A stretch of 60,605 nt of DNA, counting the filler, from a candidate division TA06 bacterium SM23_40 (GTDB lineage Bacteria; LJUI01; SM1-40), in the NCBI GenBank assembly GCA_001303705.1. It is 7 parts of 7 records of this genome, joined end to end, with 100 filler letters (N's around TTAATTAATTAA, not from the genome) between each part and the next. Parts side by side here need not be neighbours in the genome. Positions count along the whole stretch, not along the records: positions 1 to 20,485 come from LJUI01000029.1; 6 more parts are not named here. One strand, 5' to 3'. Position numbers and translations under genes: made by a program. Shown here piece after piece: positions 1 through 10,295 of this stretch (positions are counted from its first letter, which is position 1; every line of letters begins with the position of its first letter). The notes below the pieces were generated by a model, which was not told the origin of the DNA, ran no database searches, and saw only the letters and a list, made by a program, of their open reading frames with translations.

Positions 1-1
1 G

Positions 2-661
2 ACCTCGGTTACTGTCATGGACGACAGCACCTACACGGAACCACTCACCGGAAGCCTCTGGCCCGGTGCCACCCTGTACATACAACTGGAGGGAGATGAT
101 TGGAATCCCTCGTATATCGATCCCGCCCTGGTCATCATCACCAGCGGCCCGGATCCCTACGGGATCGGGGTGGCTCTCATCGAGACCGGCACATCAACGG
201 GCCTGTACCGTGGTACAGCGGAGATCCAGGCCTCGAGTGACGACGCGAATAACCAGATCGGAACCGGCCCCCTCGATACCCTCCTCATACGCGCCTTCGT
301 CGATCCCGCAGTGTGCGACACCGTTACCATCGTATCGATCGGGGTTGGCGACGACGATGTGGCCGATCTTCAGAAGATCGAGGAGGTCTGCTACCTGCAC
401 CAGAATCACCCCAATCCGTTCGGCGGCGCCACCCGGATCACCTATCGGGTCGGCGAGGCTGTTCACACGAGGCTCGAGATCTACAACATCTCCGGCCAAC
501 TCGTCCGAACGCTCATCGACGAACCGGTGTCGTCGGGCGTCCACTCGATCCAGTGGGATGGACGAAATAGCAATGGAGACGCCGTCCGGAGCGGCATCTA
601 CTTCTACCGCCTCCAGGCAGGCGCTTCCAGCGACTCGAGGAAGATGATCATTCTGAGATAG
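2..661 (+). CDS. Secreted protein, C-terminal part, with FlgD-Ig/T9SS type A-like sorting domain (5' truncated)
   Basis: Frame is open to the window edge. It ends in LHQNHPNPF...LEIYNISGQLVRTL...WDGRNSNG...SGIYFYRL...RKMIILR, the canonical FlgD-Ig/T9SS CTD pattern. Confidence 0.85.
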   Translation, partial: TSVTVMDDSTYTEPLTGSLWPGATLYIQLEGDDWNPSYIDPALVIITSGPDPYGIGVALIETGTSTGLYRGTAEIQASSDDANNQIGTGPLDTLLIRAFVDPAVCDTVTIVSIGVGDDDVADLQKIEEVCYLHQNHPNPFGGATRITYRVGEAVHTRLEIYNISGQLVRTLIDEPVSSGVHSIQWDGRNSNGDAVRSGIYFYRLQAGASSDSRKMIILR

Positions 662-880
662 TATCATATGACCCTATGAGGCAGCAGATCGAGGCTTTTC
701 CGGCAGTTTCATCATGACTTCCATCAGAAAGGGTCCGCTTTTGACAGTGACCTAACATGCGAGATATCTCTCATCGGTCGAATGATACGAACCTACGATA
801 GTATCACATGACCCTATGAGGCAGCAGATCGAGCCCACCGCGGCAGCCTGATCATGACCTCTGTGAGAAATGGTCCACTT
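657..880. repeat. Two-copy degenerate direct repeat, ~85 bp, 140-bp period
   Basis: GATAGTATCA(T/C)ATGACCCTATGAGGCAGCAGATCGAG at 657 and 797, with ungapped similarity continuing ~50 bp further. The first copy contains the upstream stop codon. Confidence 0.9.
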
Positions 881-1134
881 CAAGGGGGCCGCGTTCGGCA
901 TTGAGCCAGCACACGACATTGGTCTCGTGCGGTCAAAGGATCTGAACATAGGATAGATTGTGCAGGCCGAGAGCCCGGAAACGCACTCCCCGTCAGGGGC
1001 GCGCGCAGAGGCGCGGCTCACTGGGCTGCCGATTCTCGTATGAGCGCGAGAACCGGGGAGACAGGATTCTGATCAGTGGCCAGGCCCGGAGGTCCGCAAG
1101 CCGCTCGATCGGCCCCGAACAGTGAAGCGACGAA

Positions 1135-1935
1135 ATGGGATCTATCGAAATCCGCAACATGGACCCCGCCACTGAATACTTCGTCGGGACCTGCACGCAC
1201 GTCGGCGACGACCCCCAGGCCATGACCAGAGATGAGATCGACGTCTCCTCACCCAGGCGCATCGCCTGGCTGCGGAAGATGTCTCGGCAGGGAGCCCGCA
1301 CGAAAGTCGCCACGATCGAGGGTGAGCCCGTCGGGTTCATTCACGTCATCCCCATAGAGATCTGTCCATGGGGGCCTCTGGGCAGGGACCTGCTCGTCAT
1401 TCCCTGCCTGGTTTCCTTGAGCAACACAAAGGGAAGAGGAGTCGGGAAAGCACTTGTCGCAACGGCTGAAGAGGAGGCCCGCCACCGGGAGAAGAAGGGA
1501 ATCGTCACGGTCGCTTATTACCACGATTGTTGGTTCATGCCGGCCCCCTTTTTCGAGGAGTGCGGCTTCTCGCTAGCATCACGTAGGGAGGGAACCGCCC
1601 TCCTGTGGAAGTTGTTCGATCAATCTGCAGAGGCTCCACGCCTTCTGGAGCGCGACTACCGGTATACCCCTGTGCCGGGCAAGGTTGTCGTCGACCTCTT
1701 CTGGAACACCTTCTGCCCCACCAGCTCGATAGAGGCCAGGCGGGTCCGGAAGGTCGTGGAAGAATTCGGGGAATCGGTCGTACTCAATGAGTACTGCGCT
1801 GACGATAGGGAAATCCTCCTCCTGCATCAACTGCCGCGGGGGATCTTCGTAAACGGGCGTGAAATATGGTGGGGGCACGAAGCTCCTGAGGAGGGCATTC
1901 GGAAGGCCATCTTGGAGGCCTCCAGCAGAGCTTAG
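1135..1935 (+). CDS. GNAT-family N-acetyltransferase, YoaP-like with C-terminal thioredoxin-like domain
   Basis: Acetyl-CoA loop KGRGVGKALV; C-terminal FWNTFCP...IFVNGREI resembles the YoaP domain. Confidence 0.8.
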   Translation: MGSIEIRNMDPATEYFVGTCTHVGDDPQAMTRDEIDVSSPRRIAWLRKMSRQGARTKVATIEGEPVGFIHVIPIEICPWGPLGRDLLVIPCLVSLSNTKGRGVGKALVATAEEEARHREKKGIVTVAYYHDCWFMPAPFFEECGFSLASRREGTALLWKLFDQSAEAPRLLERDYRYTPVPGKVVVDLFWNTFCPTSSIEARRVRKVVEEFGESVVLNEYCADDREILLLHQLPRGIFVNGREIWWGHEAPEEGIRKAILEASSRA

Positions 1936-2251
1936 TCGCGCCACGCGAGGAGGTCGGTGATCGTCTACAGAGATGCGCCCGAGGATCACCCCACACACTT
2001 CCCCAGTGATCACATTAAGATCCCGACGTACTACAACACCCAATTCACTCAACGGGAAGGCCGGGTACACGCTGGCACGGGCACGACGCACTGCCCTGCC
2101 CGGGATCGACTATGATACCTCGCCTCGACACCAATGCGCAACCTGATCTGCGGGGCCATCTCCCGATATCCTTTGAGGATACTTCCGCGAGAGTACCAGG
2201 GCGCGGGTGCGAAGACGGCGTCCACGCAGCCCGGACGCGCTTCCTCGACCG

Positions 2252-2281
2252 TTGACAGCTGCGTCCTCGACATCCTATACT
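2252..2281 (+). promoter_or_regulatory. Putative sigma70 promoter for tolC-RND
   Basis: TTGACA (2252-2257), 18-bp spacer, TATACT (2276-2281). Confidence 0.6.
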
Positions 2282-2347
2282 CTCTGGCCTGAGCGTAGCT
2301 CAGATAGACACGCGCGATTGAAATCTCAAATGGAGGAGAGACAGTCA

Positions 2348-3823
2348 ATGAATGTACGGCTTCTGTGTGGCCTCATGGCCCTTCCGCTTCTTGTCCAGAT
2401 CGGTCATGCCGAGACCGTGACCCTGGAGGAGTTCCTCGAGAACATTCAACAGACGCACCCCCTGTTTGCCAGGGAGGCCCTGTCACCCGAAATCCAGATG
2501 AGAGCGCGGGAGCGATTTCTCGGTGCCGAGGACTGGATTGTCAGCTCATCTCCGTTCTATGCCTACCAGAAGCCCCTCAGCACGAGCGCGTTCAGCCCGG
2601 AGCGGATCAACATGATCGGCGGCGAACTCGGGATCGAGAGGGCGTTCTGGAACACGGGAGGACGACTTTCGCTCTCCTGGTCGTCTGACTACACCGATCA
2701 GAAGATCCCGGAGATTGTCATTCCCCTGGGTCCCTCTACCGTTCTCGAGATCCCCACCGGCACAGCGGAATTCTATCAGAACAAGGTGTATCTCACTTAC
2801 TCCCAGCCGCTCCTCCAGAACTTCAGAGGGAAACTCGACCGCCTCTATTATGAATTGGGGGAATACGACGTAGCCTCCGCCGAGACGGAGGCGCTCGAAA
2901 CCGAAGAAGGATTCCTTTTCGACGTCGCAGCGCGATTCCTCGACTGGGTTCTTCTCTCCGAACAGAGCCGGATCGCCGCAGAGCGCCTCCGCCTGGCGAA
3001 TGAGCAGCTCGAGCAGACCACGCGAATGAGGCGGGCAAACCTGGTCGACCAGGTGGACGTATTGCGAGCCGAGGACGCTGTCAGGATTGCAGAGCAGACC
3101 CTCGTGCTGATCGAGTCCCAATTCAAGGCAAAACGGGCGGAGTTGGCAGTTCTGTCTCAATCAGAAGGACTGTACGAGCGCAGTCCTGAGTTCGATCTGT
3201 ACAGACTGGAGACGCCGCCACCAGTCGACGAGGCGATCTCGCGATTGAAAGAGCACTCAAGAATTCTACAGATCCTCTCCATCCGGCGGGAGCAACTCTC
3301 CTCTCTCCTCGACGGCTTCGCCGAGACCACTCGTCCACAGCTACTCCTCAATGTCGCCGCAGGACTTCAGGGCGGCGATGAAGATTTCGACCAGTCTCTC
3401 GAGCTCGATAAGCCGGATCTATCCGTCTCGCTCGGCTTCTCCTATCCATTGGGGAATCGGGCTGCCGGCTCAGATGTCGCGAAGACGAAACTCGAGTATA
3501 GACAGTTGGAGAAGGAGATCGAAACCGTAGCGCTGGACCTCGAGGCCAGCGTGAGAAATCTCCTGATCCAGATCCATGAGCTGGAGAAAGTTCTCGCATT
3601 GAACCAGGAACAGATCCAGTCGGCGCAGGCCAAGACCGCCGAAGAGCAACGCCTGTACAATCAGGGACGCGGCCAGCTCACATTCGTCATTCAGAGTCGG
3701 GACAATGAGCAGTTGGCAAAGTTGACCTATGCCCAGAATGCGGCGACATATCATCAACTGATGCTCACGTACCGTGCGCTAATGGACGAACTCCTCCCCG
3801 CGGGACAAGAGGGAGCGAGCTAG
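2348..3823 (+). CDS. TolC-family outer membrane efflux protein
   Basis: GGAGGAG RBS before ATG 2348; signal peptide MNVRLLCGLMALPLLVQIGHA; duplicated OEP pattern (YSQPLLQNF..., LGFSYPLGNR...); adjacent to an RND permease. Confidence 0.9.
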   Translation: MNVRLLCGLMALPLLVQIGHAETVTLEEFLENIQQTHPLFAREALSPEIQMRARERFLGAEDWIVSSSPFYAYQKPLSTSAFSPERINMIGGELGIERAFWNTGGRLSLSWSSDYTDQKIPEIVIPLGPSTVLEIPTGTAEFYQNKVYLTYSQPLLQNFRGKLDRLYYELGEYDVASAETEALETEEGFLFDVAARFLDWVLLSEQSRIAAERLRLANEQLEQTTRMRRANLVDQVDVLRAEDAVRIAEQTLVLIESQFKAKRAELAVLSQSEGLYERSPEFDLYRLETPPPVDEAISRLKEHSRILQILSIRREQLSSLLDGFAETTRPQLLLNVAAGLQGGDEDFDQSLELDKPDLSVSLGFSYPLGNRAAGSDVAKTKLEYRQLEKEIETVALDLEASVRNLLIQIHELEKVLALNQEQIQSAQAKTAEEQRLYNQGRGQLTFVIQSRDNEQLAKLTYAQNAATYHQLMLTYRALMDELLPAGQEGAS

Positions 3824-3892
3824 CAGCGGATCGCGCAGCTGCAGGATCTTTCACGAGACCGACCATCAGCACCGACCCGGAGCAAAAGAGCC

Positions 3893-6800
3893 ATGAGACC
3901 ATTCTTCAAATTCTTTGCTGAACGCCACCTTCTGGCGATGCTCATCACCCTCATGATCGTCATGCTCGGAGTGAACTCATACCTCCGGATCAGGCGGGAG
4001 ATGTTCCCCAAAGTAGACTTGGGCTTCGTATTCATCTCAACTCGCTACCCTGGCGCCTCCCCCGAGGATGTGGAGCTGAACGTCACAAATAAGATCGAAG
4101 CAGAGCTGGAGGCCGTCACAGGTATCGATCGGATTACCTCCTATTCGATGGAAAACGTATCAGTCATCACGATCGTCCTCGATCCCGACGAGAGAGATCA
4201 GGACAAGATAAAAAGTGAAATCCGCGAGGCAGTCGCACGTGTTACGGATCTGCCCGACGACGTGACGGAATCGCCCTACGTAATCGAGATCACATCCGCA
4301 ATATTCCCCGTGATCGAAGTGGGCCTGATGGGAGACATCCCCTACGAGGAACTGCGAGAGATCGCGCGGCTATTCGAGAAGAAGCTCGAGACCCTCGACG
4401 GCGTATCGCATGTCGACAAGTACGGTTATCTGGCTAGAGAAGTCGAGATCGAGGTCTACCCTGAGGCAATTCGTAAATATCAGATCCCGCTCCGGGAGAT
4501 CATTGCTGCAATTCAGGCGCGCAATATCCGTGCCACCGGTGGATCCTTCGAATCCTATACCAGCGAGAAGAACGTCGTCACCCTGGCCCAGTTCGAGGAT
4601 CCCCTCGAGGTGGGCGATGTGATCGTTCGCTCAACCTTCGAGGGTCCTCAGATCAGAGTGAAGGACCTCGCAATTGTAAAGAGTGAATTCGAGGATGCAA
4701 GGATACTATCTCGCGTCAACGGGAAATCCGCTATCTCCTTCATCGTCAGCAAGAAGGAGACGGCCGATATCATCAGAACGGTCGATGCGGTCAAACAGCT
4801 GGTGGAGCAGGAGCGCCCCCACTTCCCAGAAGGAGTGGATATTTCATATTCCGACGATTTCTCTCGATACGTTCGAAATCGATTCCAGGTCGTCCGCGTC
4901 AACGGTGCCATCGGCCTCGCTCTCGTGATAATCATCCTGTCCGTTTTTCTCAATCCTCGCAGCGCATTCTGGGTCGCAATGGGCATTCCTATATCCCTCC
5001 TCGGCGTCATCTTCTGTCTCCCGTTCTTCGACGTCTACCTCGATAGCATATCCCTTGCCGCAATGATCATGGTGATCGGCATCATCGTCGACGATGGAAT
5101 TATTATAGCAGAGAATATACAACGCCACAGGGAGACAGGCGAGGGAGCCCTCAATGCTGCGGTGAATGGAATACATGGCGTATTCGCGCCGGTGGTAACC
5201 ACCGTTCTCACGACGATCCTGGCGTTCGTCCCCTTCTTCCTCCTGGGCGGCATCATGGGCAAGTTCGTTTATGTCATTCCTCTGGTCATCACTCTCGCGC
5301 TACTCATCTCGCTCATCGAGGCCACGGTCGCCCTACCGGCCCACCTCACCATGGGGTTGCCCCAGACGCCCGGAGAGAAGGGCAAGGTTGTCACTCGCCA
5401 GTGGTTCAATCTGCTGAGGTCCCCGTTCGAGCGGTTCTTGCGCAGGTTCCTTCGGTTCCGGTATGCGTTTGTCGTCTTCTCATTCGCGCTTCTCTTCGTG
5501 GCTCTCTGGTACGCAGGATCGTACATGAAATTCGTCCTCTTCCCCTCCAGCATGGCAGAGCAGTTCTACATTCTCGCCGAACTGCCGAGCGGAACATCCC
5601 TCCAGGCCACGTCCGACAAGCTCAAGGAAATTGAAAGGTTGGTGGCCGACCTACCGGACGACGAGCTCGACTCATACGTCACCCGGCTAGGCACCCTGGA
5701 GGACTTTGCTCCCGGCGAAAACGAGAACTGGGCCATAATCGGAGTGAGCCTCACCCCATTCGCCACACGCGACAGGACAGCCGACGACATCGTCGACGAC
5801 CTCCGGCAGAAGACCGATCGACTCGAAGGATACGATGCCATCACCTACTCCATCGAGGCGGGCGGCCCTCCTGTGGGGAGGCCAATCACGCTGCGTGTGG
5901 TCGGATCTGACGACACATTGAGGACAGCACTGGCCGATTCGATCGTGGCCTTCCTTGGAACGCTAGAAGGAGTGAAGGGAATCGACAGGAATGACAAGTA
6001 CGGAAAGGACCAGGTCGAGATAGACATTGACCACGATAAGCTTGCCCGCCGTGGACTGACGGTCGCTGATATTGCGCGGACTGTACGAACTGCCTACGAC
6101 GGTGAGCGCGTGACGAGCGTGCGCTACGGAGAGGAAACCGTCGAATTCCGTGTACGCCTCCAGGCGGCAGCGCGTGAGCGCCCCGAAGACCTTGGAGAAC
6201 TCCTCATCCCGAACCAGCTCGGACGGCTCATCCGGCTCCGGGAAGTAGCCCAGCTCAGCACCGGCCCGGGACCTTCCAACTTCTTCCACCACGACGGGGA
6301 ACGAGCGATCACGGTAACAGCCGACGTGACCAAGGGCAGCACGACTCCTGTCGAAGCGACCGACGCGGTGTTCGGTCATTTCAACCTCGACAGAGACTGG
6401 CCGGGCATGCGGTTTGTGGTTGGAGGAGAGGTCGAGGAGACCGAGGAGACATTGATCAACCTCGCGCGGGCGTTCATTATCGCCGTCGTCGGGATCTACT
6501 TCCTCCTCATCCTCCTCTTCAACTCTCTCACCCAGCCGCTGCTCGTCATGGTAGCGATCCCCTTCGGGATCATGGGTGTGATCGTTGCATTCGCAGTGCA
6601 CGCTGAAGACTTCGGCTTCGTGGCCGCGGTGGGTGTTATCGGCCTCGCTGGCGTTCTCGTCAACGACTCGCTCGTTCTCGTCAACCACATCAACAAATTG
6701 AGAGTGAAATGTCCTGACGAGAGTGTCAGTAGCCTGGTTGCACAGGGGACAACTCACCGCTTGCGCGCGGTCCTGCTCACGACGCTCACGACAGTCGGGG

Positions 6801-7009
6801 GACTTCTCCCGTTGGCCTATGGCTTCGGCGGCACTGATCCATACATGGCCCCCATGGCCCTCGCGATCGCGTGGGGTCTGGCCTTCGGCACGCCCCTCAC
6901 ACTGTTTCTCGTCCCCTGTCTGTACGTCATCCGCCACGACATGGGCAGAGGCCTCCTGGCCGTCAGAAGAGCCCTGGCGAGAGGCGGCGCACGGCCGGAA
7001 ACTCAATGA
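3893..7009 (+). CDS. RND efflux transporter permease (AcrB/AcrD/AcrF family)
   Basis: 1038 aa; YPGASPEDVE, TM4 GIIVDDGIIIAENI, TM10 GVLVNDSLVLV, TM11 RLRAVLLTTLTT. Confidence 0.95.
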   Translation: MRPFFKFFAERHLLAMLITLMIVMLGVNSYLRIRREMFPKVDLGFVFISTRYPGASPEDVELNVTNKIEAELEAVTGIDRITSYSMENVSVITIVLDPDERDQDKIKSEIREAVARVTDLPDDVTESPYVIEITSAIFPVIEVGLMGDIPYEELREIARLFEKKLETLDGVSHVDKYGYLAREVEIEVYPEAIRKYQIPLREIIAAIQARNIRATGGSFESYTSEKNVVTLAQFEDPLEVGDVIVRSTFEGPQIRVKDLAIVKSEFEDARILSRVNGKSAISFIVSKKETADIIRTVDAVKQLVEQERPHFPEGVDISYSDDFSRYVRNRFQVVRVNGAIGLALVIIILSVFLNPRSAFWVAMGIPISLLGVIFCLPFFDVYLDSISLAAMIMVIGIIVDDGIIIAENIQRHRETGEGALNAAVNGIHGVFAPVVTTVLTTILAFVPFFLLGGIMGKFVYVIPLVITLALLISLIEATVALPAHLTMGLPQTPGEKGKVVTRQWFNLLRSPFERFLRRFLRFRYAFVVFSFALLFVALWYAGSYMKFVLFPSSMAEQFYILAELPSGTSLQATSDKLKEIERLVADLPDDELDSYVTRLGTLEDFAPGENENWAIIGVSLTPFATRDRTADDIVDDLRQKTDRLEGYDAITYSIEAGGPPVGRPITLRVVGSDDTLRTALADSIVAFLGTLEGVKGIDRNDKYGKDQVEIDIDHDKLARRGLTVADIARTVRTAYDGERVTSVRYGEETVEFRVRLQAAARERPEDLGELLIPNQLGRLIRLREVAQLSTGPGPSNFFHHDGERAITVTADVTKGSTTPVEATDAVFGHFNLDRDWPGMRFVVGGEVEETEETLINLARAFIIAVVGIYFLLILLFNSLTQPLLVMVAIPFGIMGVIVAFAVHAEDFGFVAAVGVIGLAGVLVNDSLVLVNHINKLRVKCPDESVSSLVAQGTTHRLRAVLLTTLTTVGGLLPLAYGFGGTDPYMAPMALAIAWGLAFGTPLTLFLVPCLYVIRHDMGRGLLAVRRALARGGARPETQ

Positions 7010-7136
7010 GCCACCCCGCGAAGCCCAGTCCCCGTCCTTCCCCGGAAGGTACGCCGGGAAGATGACGGCCTTCCTCGCCCGCTCACACCCGTGGGGGGAT
7101 GTCGCCGGCGGAGGCCACCCTCCAGTTAGGCGGAAC

Positions 7137-7166
7137 TTGACAACGGCCGGGACAGTTCACTATCAT
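7137..7166 (+). promoter_or_regulatory. Putative sigma70 promoter for the M16 pair
   Basis: TTGACA (7137-7142), 18-bp spacer, TATCAT (7161-7166). Confidence 0.5.
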
Positions 7167-7216
7167 GGAGGTAGATGACCTATACTGCTACAGGAAGGCT
7201 TCACAGGGGGATTCCC

Positions 7217-8557
7217 ATGCATCTCGACCTCATCGCACTCGCAGTCGTCGCAGCCGCGGTCTCCGTCGGCCCCGCCTTCAGCCAGACCCTCGGAATAGAG
7301 GAATACAGGCTCGATAATGGCCTGACGATCCTGGTGCGCGAGGATCATTCCTCGCCGGTCGTCTCCGTTCAGGTCTGGTACCGCGTGGGGTCTCGGAACG
7401 ACAGGAGCGGGACAACCGGCATCTCCCATTTCCTCGAACACATGATGTTCGAAGGAACAGAACGATACGGTCCAGGGGAGATCGAACGCATCGTCAGACG
7501 GAATGGCGGGGAGAAGAACGCATTCACCTCGCGCGACTACACAGCATACTATGAAAACCTGGCGAGCGATCGCTATGAGATCGCCATCGAACTCGAAGCC
7601 GATCGCATGCGAAATCTGGTACTCGATCCTGAGCGGATCTCCCGTGAGCGGGGTGCCGTGTCCGAGGAGCGACGGCTGCGCGATAACTCGCGGACTGGCA
7701 GGCTATACGAGGAGCTTATCGCTGCTGCCTATGTCGCCCATCCCTATCAGTGGCCCATACTCGGGTGGATGTCGGACATTGAATCGATTAGCCGCGAGGA
7801 TCTCCTCCACCACTATCGCACATACTACGCTCCCAACAATGCGATCGTGGTCATCATAGGTGATGTCTCCCCTGAGGAGGCATATCGCAAAGTCAAACGC
7901 TATTTCGGGAAGATCCCGCCAGGTGAAGAGCCGCCTCAGGTGAGGACCAGAGAGCCGCATCAGAAGGGAGAACGTCGCGTCGAGGTACGCAAACAGGCCG
8001 AGACGCCCTACGTTCTGGTGGCCTTCCATGCTCCCGAGATCGGGCATCCTGACCAGTACGTCCTGGATGTCATCAGCGAAATCATCTCCACAGGCAGAAG
8101 CTCGCGACTGTACCGATCCCTCGTCCGGGAGCGGGAGATCGCACTCTCAGCCTGGGGCGGGTACGAGGCCCGCACCGACCCGTCGCTCTTCTATTGCGGC
8201 GGGACGCCAAGAGCCGGGCACACGACCGACGAACTCGAGGAAGGTATCTATTCCGAACTCAAACATCTCATAGAGGAACCGGTATCGGACCGGGAGCTCA
8301 CAAAAGCGATCAATCAGATCGAAGCCCGACTCATCTTCAGCCTCGACCGGAATTTCTACCTCGGGGTACAGATCGGACGAAGCGCGACAATGCTCTCCCA
8401 TCACTACCTCGAGGACCTTGTCGCGAGGATCAGGGCTGTGACGGCTGAAGACATCATGCGGGTAGCTGGCGAGCACTTTGTGCCCGAAAACCGGACCGTC
8501 GCAATCCTCATCCCTGAGGGAAAGACGTCGGACCGCCTTCGCCAGCCCACGTACTGA
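7217..8557 (+). CDS. M16B zinc peptidase, catalytic subunit, exported
   Basis: Inverted zincin HFLEH; LDNGL, NAFTSRDYT, EERR; N-terminal signal peptide (alternative start 7175). Confidence 0.93.
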   Translation: MHLDLIALAVVAAAVSVGPAFSQTLGIEEYRLDNGLTILVREDHSSPVVSVQVWYRVGSRNDRSGTTGISHFLEHMMFEGTERYGPGEIERIVRRNGGEKNAFTSRDYTAYYENLASDRYEIAIELEADRMRNLVLDPERISRERGAVSEERRLRDNSRTGRLYEELIAAAYVAHPYQWPILGWMSDIESISREDLLHHYRTYYAPNNAIVVIIGDVSPEEAYRKVKRYFGKIPPGEEPPQVRTREPHQKGERRVEVRKQAETPYVLVAFHAPEIGHPDQYVLDVISEIISTGRSSRLYRSLVREREIALSAWGGYEARTDPSLFYCGGTPRAGHTTDELEEGIYSELKHLIEEPVSDRELTKAINQIEARLIFSLDRNFYLGVQIGRSATMLSHHYLEDLVARIRAVTAEDIMRVAGEHFVPENRTVAILIPEGKTSDRLRQPTY

Positions 8558-8682
8558 TCTGCGTTGGCACATGAGAGGGCCGTGATCCTTCGCGATTACC
8601 CAAGCCATCTGCTCGCTGAGAGTAGTGAGCCTGTTCCTCTCGCCTCACGAGGCAACATGTCTATTGCTGATAGGAGACGCTC

Positions 8683-10077
8683 ATGCACCGATCGCTGATC
8701 GCCATAACGCTACTGTTGACGACACTGATCACAGTCAGCCCAGTCCAATCTGCTGCGGAGAAGACCGAAATGGCACTCCCAACTCCACACCGCCACGTAT
8801 TCGAGAACGGCCTTGCCGTCCTGACGGTCGAACGCCACCAACTCCCTATCGTCGAGTTGAGGGCCATGATCCGCGCCGGCGTGCGGCAGGAGGTGGATGA
8901 CGAGGCGGGCCTGGCTAACCTCGTGGCACGGCTCCTCGTCCACGGCACCCGTGAGCGCTCGGCAATCGAGATCGCCGAAGCCATCGACTATGTAGGCGGG
9001 CGGCTCGACACGTATGCCTCGGATGATGCCTCCTACGTATCTATCTCTGTCCTGTCGCGGGATCTCCTGCTCGGGCTCGACCTCCTGTGTGAGCTCCTGA
9101 CGGCGCCGACATTTCCTGAGGAGGAACTCGAACGAGAGCGCGGTCTCGTCCTTACTGAGATGGCGCAGCGCAAGGATGATCCGCGGACAGTCGTGGGAGA
9201 TGCATTCCGCGAGGCAGTGTTCGAGGACCACCCCTACCATCGACCTGTCACCGGATATGAGGAGACAGTCACATCTCTGACACGCGAGGCAATTCTCTCG
9301 TTCTATGAGCGTTTCTATCGTCCCAACAATTGTGCGATCGCCGCCGTGGGCGACTTCGATCCTGACAACCTGATTGAGGAATTGGGTAAGCGGCTCGAGA
9401 CGTGGGAACGACGTGACGTGCCCGCTGTGGAGCCGAAGACCCCCAGGCCCATCAAGAAGTCCGAGCTCAAGCTCATCGATATGGACATCTCCCAGTCTTA
9501 TGCCCGGTTCGGCCACCACGGCATCAAACGCAATCACCCCGACTACTATGCGATATCCGTCATGAATCGGATTCTGGGGGCTGTCGGATCCGGACGGATC
9601 TTCAGAGAGGTGAGAGAGGAACGGGGGTTGGCGTACGATGCGCGCGCCAGATTCCCGAGCCTTCTCGACCTCGGCACCTTCTATGCCTCGTTCGAGACGA
9701 AAATCGAGAGCACACAAGAGGCGCTCGACGTCACCCTCGACCAGATTCGCAGAATGAAGACACGAGGCGTGACCAGCGAAGAACTGGCAGATGCGAAGAG
9801 CTACTTGACAGGCCACTTCCCGCTTACGTTCGAGACCGGAAGACAGCTCGCTGCGATCCTGCTTGATATCCAACTCTTCGATTTGGGCCCTGAGTACCTT
9901 GCTGAATATCTGGATACTATCGAGTCAGTCACCAAGAAAGACATCAAACGTGTCGCCCAGCAGTATCTCGATCCGGAAAAGATGATCTTCGTCGTGGTCA
10001 CCAGGCTGGAAGATCTCTCGCTCGACGTGCCGGGCATCGAGCAACCGGAGCAACAAACGGAGAAAGATATGCACTAG
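8683..10077 (+). CDS. M16B peptidase, non-catalytic partner subunit, exported
   Basis: M16 fold (ENGL, GLANL, HPY, FYRPNN) with no HXXEH; carries the R/Y pair VREERGLAY; signal peptide. Confidence 0.9.
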   Translation: MHRSLIAITLLLTTLITVSPVQSAAEKTEMALPTPHRHVFENGLAVLTVERHQLPIVELRAMIRAGVRQEVDDEAGLANLVARLLVHGTRERSAIEIAEAIDYVGGRLDTYASDDASYVSISVLSRDLLLGLDLLCELLTAPTFPEEELERERGLVLTEMAQRKDDPRTVVGDAFREAVFEDHPYHRPVTGYEETVTSLTREAILSFYERFYRPNNCAIAAVGDFDPDNLIEELGKRLETWERRDVPAVEPKTPRPIKKSELKLIDMDISQSYARFGHHGIKRNHPDYYAISVMNRILGAVGSGRIFREVREERGLAYDARARFPSLLDLGTFYASFETKIESTQEALDVTLDQIRRMKTRGVTSEELADAKSYLTGHFPLTFETGRQLAAILLDIQLFDLGPEYLAEYLDTIESVTKKDIKRVAQQYLDPEKMIFVVVTRLEDLSLDVPGIEQPEQQTEKDMH

Positions 10078-10165
10078 GCGGCAGCTCCCCGGGCGAAAGA
10101 CCCGCAAGGGCGGCCCGCCGCAGGTACGGTCAGCGCAGTCCTGCCGCCAGAGCGCCGAACGACGC

Positions 10166-10194
10166 TTGACGCCGCCTGCCGATCGGTGTATAAT
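10166..10194 (+). promoter_or_regulatory. Near-consensus sigma70 promoter for the leader ORF plus TonB-dependent receptor
   Basis: TTGACG (10166-10171), 17-bp spacer, TATAAT (10189-10194). Confidence 0.8.
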
Positions 10195-10295
10195 GGCAAT
10201 GAGGACGCCCCTCGTCCTGGCTCGAATCCCTGTGAGGGATGCTATTCTGCTCGAGTCTCGCGGCATTTCGGAAATCGAAGAAGGAACGTAACTCA

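Noticed and set aside
1957-2115. 52-aa ORF after a GAGGAGG sequence, with possible TGA read-through
   Set aside because: RBS-to-start spacing is only 3 nt, there is no recognisable motif, and the TGA is not in a redox-motif context suggesting selenocysteine.
10077-10125. GC-rich hairpins with GAAA/GCAA loops as a c-di-GMP riboswitch
   Set aside because: The expected conserved GEMM elements are not recognisable, and it lies upstream of the predicted promoter. More likely a 3' hairpin of the M16 operon; an Rfam scan would settle it.
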